Assembly: GCA_963978095.1 (NCBI GenBank)
Contig: CAXBQP010000050.1
Coordinates: forward strand, 1 to 22,274
Length of the DNA stretch: 22,274 bases
Direction: 5' to 3'
DNA from: an uncultured bacterium
GTDB lineage: Bacteria; Gemmatimonadota; Gemmatimonadetes; Gemmatimonadales; Gemmatimonadaceae
Part shown: in pieces, positions 16,403-22,274 of the stretch
Layout: the number at the start of each line of letters is the position of its first letter
Position numbering within the stretch: the first letter of the stretch is position 1
Position numbers and translations under genes: made by a program
The notes under the pieces: model-generated
Seen by the model: the letters and a program-made list of their open reading frames with translations, nothing else
Told to the model about the DNA's origin: nothing
Databases searched by the model: none

Positions 16403-17820
16403 CCCACCGGGCACCGTCGGCACCCCTCCGGGTACTCACCCTCAGCACCAGCGACGTGGCCGGGGGCGCCGAGGCGATGGCCCGCAACCTGCACCGCGCG
16501 TATCTGGCCGCAGGGACGCGTGCGGTCATGGCGGTCGGCACCAAGCAGACCCGCGACCCGTCCGTGATCGACCTCACGTCGCGCGAGCCGTTCTCGACAT
16601 GGCGAGCCGCCTGCGACACGATCGAAGGGGCGGCCCGCCCCTTGGCCGGCACGCTTCCAGGCGCGGGAGCGCTCACACGGGCTGCGCGGCGCTGGCGCCA
16701 TCCCCAGCGCGCGCGCGACCAACGCGCAGGCATCGAATCCTGGGACTTCCCGGCCTCACGGGCGATCCTCGACCTCGCGCGGGAACCGGGAACGGTCGTT
16801 CACGCCCACAATCTCCACGGCGATTGGTTCGACCTGCGCCTGCTCGCCCAACTCCGCACCATCGCGCCGGTCTTCCTCACGCTCCACGATGCCTGGCTGC
16901 TGTCCGGTCATTGTGCCCACTCGTTCGACTGCACGCGCTGGCAATCCGGCTGCGGTCAGTGCCCGGATCTCACGATCTATCCGCCCATCGCGATCGATGC
17001 GACCGCCGAGAACTGGCGCCGGAAGCGCGACATCCTCGCCGCCAGCCGGCTGCACGTGGCCGCTCCCGCGCATTGGCTCATGGACAAGGTGGATGCCTCG
17101 ATCCTTCGACCCGCGATCGCGAGTGCGCAGGTGATTGCGAACGGCGTCGATCTGGCCACCTTCTGCCCGGGCGACCGAGGGGCGGCGCGCCGGACCCTCG
17201 GCCTTCCCGCTGGCGCGGCGGTCGTGCTCGCGTCGGCACACCGACTCCGCCACAACATGTGGAAGAACCCCGCGCTACTGCGCGACGTGATCGCGCGGGC
17301 GGGCGCCGCACTCCCGCGCCGTGAGATCATTTTCGTCGCGCTGGGCGAGCGTGCCCCGACCGAGACCATCGGCGGCGTGCAGTTCGTCGCGGCCTCCTAC
17401 GAGCGGGACAGCGCACGATTGGCGCAGTGGTATCGCGCGGCGGATGTGTTCGTGCATCCTTCACGGATGGACACGCAACCGCTCGTGCTGCTGGAAGCGT
17501 TGGCCTGCGGCACCCCCGTCATCGCGACCGACGTGGGCGGCGTCGCCGAGACATTGGGCCACCCCTTCGATGCCGAATCGCTGGCCGCCTGCCGCGACGG
17601 CGCCGAGGCGCCGAGCGGGGGCGTCCTCGTCCCGGCCGGGGATGCATCGACCATGGCGCAGGTGCTGATCACGCTCCTCGAGCGTCCACCGCTCCGCGCC
17701 GCCATGAGTCGCACCGCCATCGCCGACGCACGCAAGCGGTTTGACCTCACCCAGTGCGCCGCGGCGTATCTGGAGTGGTTCGCGATGCACCCGACGGCTC
17801 CCTCCGGCGACGCGGCCTGA
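16399..17820 (+). CDS. GT4 glycosyltransferase, WcaC-like, with a four-Cys insert (473 aa)
   Basis: GTG 16399 (GTGA overlap); VLTLSTSDVAGGAE, VHAHNLHG, TLHDAWLLSGHCAHSFDCTRWQSGCGQCP and DTQPLVLLEALACGTPV. Confidence 0.9.
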   Translation: MTHRAPSAPLRVLTLSTSDVAGGAEAMARNLHRAYLAAGTRAVMAVGTKQTRDPSVIDLTSREPFSTWRAACDTIEGAARPLAGTLPGAGALTRAARRWRHPQRARDQRAGIESWDFPASRAILDLAREPGTVVHAHNLHGDWFDLRLLAQLRTIAPVFLTLHDAWLLSGHCAHSFDCTRWQSGCGQCPDLTIYPPIAIDATAENWRRKRDILAASRLHVAAPAHWLMDKVDASILRPAIASAQVIANGVDLATFCPGDRGAARRTLGLPAGAAVVLASAHRLRHNMWKNPALLRDVIARAGAALPRREIIFVALGERAPTETIGGVQFVAASYERDSARLAQWYRAADVFVHPSRMDTQPLVLLEALACGTPVIATDVGGVAETLGHPFDAESLAACRDGAEAPSGGVLVPAGDASTMAQVLITLLERPPLRAAMSRTAIADARKRFDLTQCAAAYLEWFAMHPTAPSGDAA

Positions 17821-17822
17821 CG

Positions 17823-19751
17823 ATGTGCGGAATTTCGGGACGCCTCTCCGCGGTACCACTCACCGCCGCTGATCACGCGGCCTGTGCGGCCATGTCGCAG
17901 GCGCTCGTGCATCGCGGACCGGACGGCGAGGGCGGACTCCAGGACACCCACGTCCGGCTCGACAATCGCCGCTTGAGCATCATCGACGTCGCCGGTGGCG
18001 CGCAGCCGCTGTACAACGAGGACCGATCCATCGGCGTGGTCGCCAACGGCGAGATCTACAACGCGCGCGAACTCGCCGCCGAACTCACCGCGCGTGGTCA
18101 TGTGCTGCGCACCGGCAGCGACATCGAAGTCATCGCCCACCTGTACGAAGAACTCGGTGACGACTGCGTGCATCGCCTCCGCGGGATGTTCGCCTTTGCC
18201 GTGTGGGATGCCAGGCAGCGGCGCGCGCTGATCGTGCGCGACCGCATGGGCGAAAAACCGCTCTACGTACATGAGCGCCCGGGCACCGTGACGTTCGCCT
18301 CGGAGCTCCGGGCGCTCGTGCGCTCCGGCGCGCCCTCGGGCGCGCTCGACGAGGAGGCGATCGACCACTATTTCCACTTCCTCTGGGTCCCCGAGCCGCG
18401 CACGCCGTTGGCGGATGTCCGCAAGCTGGACGCTGGCCATCGGATGGTGGTGGAAACCGCCCCCTGGCGCGTGCGCATCTCGCGCTGGTGGAATCCGGAG
18501 GATGCGCCACCACTGGAGCGCGATCCTGCCGCCACGGTGCGCACGATGTTCGAAGAAGTCGCACCGCTGGTCGTGCGGAGCGATGTGCCCGTGGGCGTCG
18601 CGCTCTCGGGAGGGCTCGACTCCAGTACCGTGGCCGCACTCGCCGCGCCACACTGCCCAGGACTCGTCGCGTTCAGTGTCGGCTACGAGGGACGCCCGCC
18701 CTGTGACGAGCGCGCGGACGCCGCGCAGTTGGCGGCGGATCTCGCGATTCCGCTGGTCGAGATCGAGTGCCGCACGGCGGACGTGGTGGAAAGCTTTCCC
18801 CACCTCTGCCGCGCCAAGGATGATCCGATCGCCGACATCTCGGGCTTCGGTTACTGGGCGCTCATGCGCACGGCGCGCGAACACGACGTGCCGGTCCTCC
18901 TGCTGGGCCAAGGGGGCGACGAGCTCTTCTGGGGCTACGGCTGGCCTCAGGAAGGGCTCCGCCAAACACTTCGCAAGCAGCAGGCGCTTGCGCGTGGCCG
19001 CTTCCCGCTCCACGAGTACGTGCGCGTCGAAGCGCCACCGCGGCTGTCCCCGTGGGGACTTCGCACGTGGTGGCAGCGCCGCTTCGGATGGGCCGACGGT
19101 CTCGCCGAACGTGCGCGCGACATGCGAAGTCCGGCCGGCCAGTTCGTCGCGTACGACATCAATCAGCATTTCCGGCAAGCGCGTGCGATGATGGCGCAGG
19201 TCTACGGTCCCGCGATGCAGCGTCCGCGCCAGCCTGCCGAATCGTGGTTCACCTTCGACCACACGCCCGATCGCGCCGATATCCGCATGACGACGCTCAT
19301 GACCGACCTCTTCCTGCGTGAGGACGGGATCGCCCAAAGCGACCGGTTGGGCATGGATGCGTCCGTGGAGGTGCGGCTTCCGCTCGTCGATTACCGGCTC
19401 GTCGAGACCGTCATCGGACTTCGCAAGGCACACCCGGACTGGCAGCAGCCGCCCAAGACATGGATGCGGGATGCCGTGCGCGGCCGTGTGCCGGACTATG
19501 TCCTGGCGCGACGCAAACGCGGATTCGAACCACCGTATGATGCGTGGCTCGGCGCACTCACGGCACGCTACGGTCCGACACTGCGGGACGGCGCCTTGGT
19601 GCAGGCGGGACTCCTGAGCGCCGAGGGCGCCGCAACGCTCGCGGCACAGACCTCATGGAATGCCACGTGGGGCTACCAGCCGTTCGCCGCGCTGGTGCTC
19701 GAGCAGTGGCTACGCGGCATGATCGACGCCGGCCTGCGCGTCCGCCCCTGA
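17823..19751 (+). CDS. asnB: AsnB-type glutamine-hydrolysing amidotransferase, stand-alone (642 aa)
   Basis: ATG 17823 gives MCGISG, with HRGPDG, RRLSIID, ANGEIYN, SGGLDSS, GQGGDELFWGY, EVRLPLVD and RRKRGF. Confidence 0.93.
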   Translation: MCGISGRLSAVPLTAADHAACAAMSQALVHRGPDGEGGLQDTHVRLDNRRLSIIDVAGGAQPLYNEDRSIGVVANGEIYNARELAAELTARGHVLRTGSDIEVIAHLYEELGDDCVHRLRGMFAFAVWDARQRRALIVRDRMGEKPLYVHERPGTVTFASELRALVRSGAPSGALDEEAIDHYFHFLWVPEPRTPLADVRKLDAGHRMVVETAPWRVRISRWWNPEDAPPLERDPAATVRTMFEEVAPLVVRSDVPVGVALSGGLDSSTVAALAAPHCPGLVAFSVGYEGRPPCDERADAAQLAADLAIPLVEIECRTADVVESFPHLCRAKDDPIADISGFGYWALMRTAREHDVPVLLLGQGGDELFWGYGWPQEGLRQTLRKQQALARGRFPLHEYVRVEAPPRLSPWGLRTWWQRRFGWADGLAERARDMRSPAGQFVAYDINQHFRQARAMMAQVYGPAMQRPRQPAESWFTFDHTPDRADIRMTTLMTDLFLREDGIAQSDRLGMDASVEVRLPLVDYRLVETVIGLRKAHPDWQQPPKTWMRDAVRGRVPDYVLARRKRGFEPPYDAWLGALTARYGPTLRDGALVQAGLLSAEGAATLAAQTSWNATWGYQPFAALVLEQWLRGMIDAGLRVRP

Positions 19752-20615
19752 TCACCGCCGCTCGAGACGCCACTGCGCAGCGTAGGGATCGTACCGCAGC
19801 TGCGGTGCGGGATCGCGCAACCCCACCCGCGCCTGCCAGCGCCAGGTGAGCTGACGACGAAGACGGGACCCCCACCGCCCGTGCCGCTGCCCGCCCGCCG
19901 CGCGGAAGCAGGCATCCGCCTCACCGCGATACCGCTCCCCGGCGATCGCGGTCCGCTGCGCCGGCTGACGTCGAAACCCCGCGAGCGGCACCGTCACCCC
20001 TACCAACTCTGTCAGTGCGGAGAATCGCATCCAGAGCCCGAAGTCCGCCGCCAGCGTCAGCCTGACGTCGAGTGCGCCGCCGGCCCGCTCCCAGAGTGAC
20101 CGCCGCCAAAAAGTCGACTCCTGCTGGATGAATCCCTGCGCGTATGTCCCCGCCTCGGGCAGGAACTCCCCGGCCAGCAGCGCGCGGCGCGAGAATCCCT
20201 GCAACGGCTCGCACGCCGTGAGCGCGCCGGCGGTGTCCCAGTACAGCGGGAACAGCGACGAGATCCATTCCACCTCGGGAAACCGCGCGAACAACTCCCC
20301 CACCGTCCGCAACGTCCACGGCGTGTGCAAATCGTCGCTGTTCAACCAACCCATGATCTCGCCATCGGTATGCGCGAAACCGGCGTTGATGGCCGCGTAC
20401 TGTCCCCCGTCCGGTCGACTCTCCCAGTGCGTCAATGCCGACGCATGGCGCTCGATCGTCGCCACGCTGTCGTCACCGCTTCCCCCGTCCATGACCACAT
20501 ACTGCAACGCCGGATACCGCTGGTCGAGCACGGAGCGCATGGTGGCGTCGAGCCACGTCCCCTGATTGAACGACGGCGTCACCAGCGCGATGGTCGGCAG
20601 CGGGCGGGCGTTCAT
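19752..20615 (-). CDS. GT2 glycosyltransferase (287 aa)
   Basis: ATG 20615 (ATGA overlap); IALVTPSFNQG, VMDGGSGD, DGGQYAAINAGF, GWLNSDD and IQQESTFWRRSLW. Confidence 0.92.
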   Translation of the reverse strand: MNARPLPTIALVTPSFNQGTWLDATMRSVLDQRYPALQYVVMDGGSGDDSVATIERHASALTHWESRPDGGQYAAINAGFAHTDGEIMGWLNSDDLHTPWTLRTVGELFARFPEVEWISSLFPLYWDTAGALTACEPLQGFSRRALLAGEFLPEAGTYAQGFIQQESTFWRRSLWERAGGALDVRLTLAADFGLWMRFSALTELVGVTVPLAGFRRQPAQRTAIAGERYRGEADACFRAAGGQRHGRWGSRLRRQLTWRWQARVGLRDPAPQLRYDPYAAQWRLERR

Positions 20616-21571
20616 GCGCGCCCTCGCACGGCTTGCTTCAGACGCGGCAAGAGCGCGCGCCACCCGCGACGCGGGGCGAACCGCTCCCGCAACTCCTTCC
20701 CGTGGAAGGCCCAATCGAACTCGAACATGTCCGCTGCCTTGTGGCGCACGATGACCGAGGGGTGCCGGAGTTCCCCGAGCGGCTCCAACGGCAGATCGTG
20801 CAACCGCGCGGAGAGATTGGGATGCGTCGGATCGTCCGCGCCCCCGATGTTGGTCACGAGATTCTTGTTGGGACGGACGCAGAGCGCCCCCGCCGCCAGA
20901 CAGTTGAAGGCCCACGGGTACGCCCAACTGTTCAGCTCACCGTGGAACGCCTGCGTGTACAAACGGGTCCAGTACGACGCCTCATACGGATCGTCCGTGA
21001 CGGTCGCCATGCCGCCCGCCGCCACGAACTCGGGCCAGCGCGTCATCGCCAAGTCGAACTGCTGCCACGCCCGACGCCAGGACGCCCACCCCCAGACGTG
21101 ATGCCGATGCGAGAAGTAATAACTCGCCTCGGTGCGGTGGTGACCGTTCTGGAAATTCGTCCCCGTGATCGAACTCACGCGTTCATCCGTCGCGAAGCGG
21201 TCGAGCAGCGCCTCGCAGAACGGGAAGAACGTCGGATGCGGCAGGCAATCGTCTTCGAGCACGATCAGGCGCTCCTCGGCCGCGAACGCCGCCGACAGTC
21301 CGGAGGCCACACGGCGCCGGAGCCCGAGATTGGTGTCGGAGAAATCGCGCACGACGTCACACGTCCAGGGGAGCGCATCGAACAAGGCGCGCACCTCCGC
21401 CACCAACCGCACGTCGTCCGGGTGATGGGCGCGCGGTCCATCGCTGACCACGTACAACCGTGCCGGGGCCGCGACCGCGACCGCGTCAAGGACGCGACGG
21501 GTCAGCGCCGGCCGATTGAAGGTCAGCATCACCACCGGCGTGCGCAACGCGGCTGTGCGGGACTCGTTCAC
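20612..21571 (-). CDS. GT-A fold nucleotide-diphospho-sugar transferase (family often labelled 'HlpA-like')
   Basis: GTG 21571 (GTGA overlap); TPVVMLTFNRP, SDGPR, NLGL, IVLEDDC, WGWASWRRAW and NLVTNIG. Confidence 0.88.
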   Translation of the reverse strand: MNESRTAALRTPVVMLTFNRPALTRRVLDAVAVAAPARLYVVSDGPRAHHPDDVRLVAEVRALFDALPWTCDVVRDFSDTNLGLRRRVASGLSAAFAAEERLIVLEDDCLPHPTFFPFCEALLDRFATDERVSSITGTNFQNGHHRTEASYYFSHRHHVWGWASWRRAWQQFDLAMTRWPEFVAAGGMATVTDDPYEASYWTRLYTQAFHGELNSWAYPWAFNCLAAGALCVRPNKNLVTNIGGADDPTHPNLSARLHDLPLEPLGELRHPSVIVRHKAADMFEFDWAFHGKELRERFAPRRGWRALLPRLKQAVRGRA

Positions 21572-22274
21572 GCGCGGAACCAACCCTCAAGATGGGAACG
21601 GAACGTCGCCCCGTCCCAGTCGCGCACCAAATGACGCGGCAGTCGGAACGGATCGCTGTCGCACCACGCCGCTTCCGGAACATTGGCACATGCCAAAGAG
21701 TAGCCCGCCGCGCGAACGGCGTCCACGGCAGCCTCGGAGATGTCCCGCACCGCCCCGTACGGATACGCGAACGCCGTCGGCGCCTCTCCGCCGAGCACCT
21801 CGGCGAGCTGTGCCCGACACTCCGCCGTCTCGCGCAGCAGTTCCCGTGGCGATTGCCGCGACATCACCGAATGCGTGACCGTATGTCCACCCAACCGGAT
21901 GCCCGGCATCGCGGCGAGCGCACGCAGATCGTCGCGGTCGCAGGCCCGCGCCACGGAGGGATCAGGCAGCGGGTGCCCGAGTTGCCGTGCGAGCGTGTCG
22001 ATGGCGCGATCACGCGAGTCCGCGGACGCCTCGCGGAGTCGCGCGGTGAGCATGGCGTGTACCGCCGGCGCAAGAGCCGGTGTGAGGTCGATGGTCGACG
22101 GCCCTCCGTCCTCGAGCACCAGCGAGAGCGCACAGGTCGGGGCCGTTGCCGTCAACAGCATCGCGGCGAGTTCGTCCCACCAGAACCCGCGGGCCGCGCC
22201 GGTGCGGCCGGTGGTCACGAAGATCGTGGCGGGGATATGCGCCCCCGCCAACGCCGGCGCCGCCTCGGTGAGGT
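21568..22274 (-). CDS. Polysaccharide deacetylase (CE4/NodB-like), 3' part; start lies beyond the right edge
   Basis: The frame is open to the edge (...LTEAAPALAGAHIPATIFVTTG) and contains FWWDEL, GGHTVTH, FAYPYG and FRLPR. Confidence 0.9.
   Translation of the reverse strand, partial: LTEAAPALAGAHIPATIFVTTGRTGAARGFWWDELAAMLLTATAPTCALSLVLEDGGPSTIDLTPALAPAVHAMLTARLREASADSRDRAIDTLARQLGHPLPDPSVARACDRDDLRALAAMPGIRLGGHTVTHSVMSRQSPRELLRETAECRAQLAEVLGGEAPTAFAYPYGAVRDISEAAVDAVRAAGYSLACANVPEAAWCDSDPFRLPRHLVRDWDGATFRSHLEGWFRA

Noticed and set aside
4208..19751. AsnB homologs as lasso-peptide cyclases
   Set aside because: Both keep the catalytic Cys2 glutaminase domain. No precursor peptide, RRE/PqqD or leader peptidase was seen, and the context is entirely glycan biosynthesis.
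8462..19754. The + strand blocks as recombinase-driven invertible segments
   Set aside because: No inverted repeats are visible at the block ends (one junction has a 0-bp gap) and no recombinase lies in the window.
20612..21571. 'Hemolytic protein' function for the HlpA-like gene
   Set aside because: The sequence shows GT-A features (FNRP, EDD) and it sits in a GT operon, so the label is probably a propagated annotation.

Overview
This is a high-GC (roughly 70% by eye) bacterial window. The gene content and style suggest Gemmatimonadota, but that is an inference. Bases 1-3046 hold mixed genes: the 5' end of a HlyD-type membrane-fusion lipoprotein, a translationally coupled DUF6526-like membrane protein and CDGSH [2Fe-2S] protein, a conserved hypothetical protein, an AT-richer promoter/leader region and a secreted beta-rich protein. 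From 3009 to the right edge lies part of a large surface-polysaccharide locus in five alternating-strand blocks. It encodes six GT4 domains, four GT-A/GT2 enzymes, two SAM methyltransferases, a polysaccharide deacetylase, a Wzm/Wzt ABC exporter with a Wzt_C-type tail and two AsnB-type amidotransferases. The most unusual element is a single 1022-aa ORF fusing a complete AsnB-type amidotransferase to a GT4 glycosyltransferase, coupled to a second GT4. Most transcription-unit heads carry a TANNNT box 5-7 nt before the start codon, a leaderless-mRNA signature. No rRNA, tRNA, CRISPR array or mobile element was seen. Family assignments come from motif reading and recall, not from database searches.
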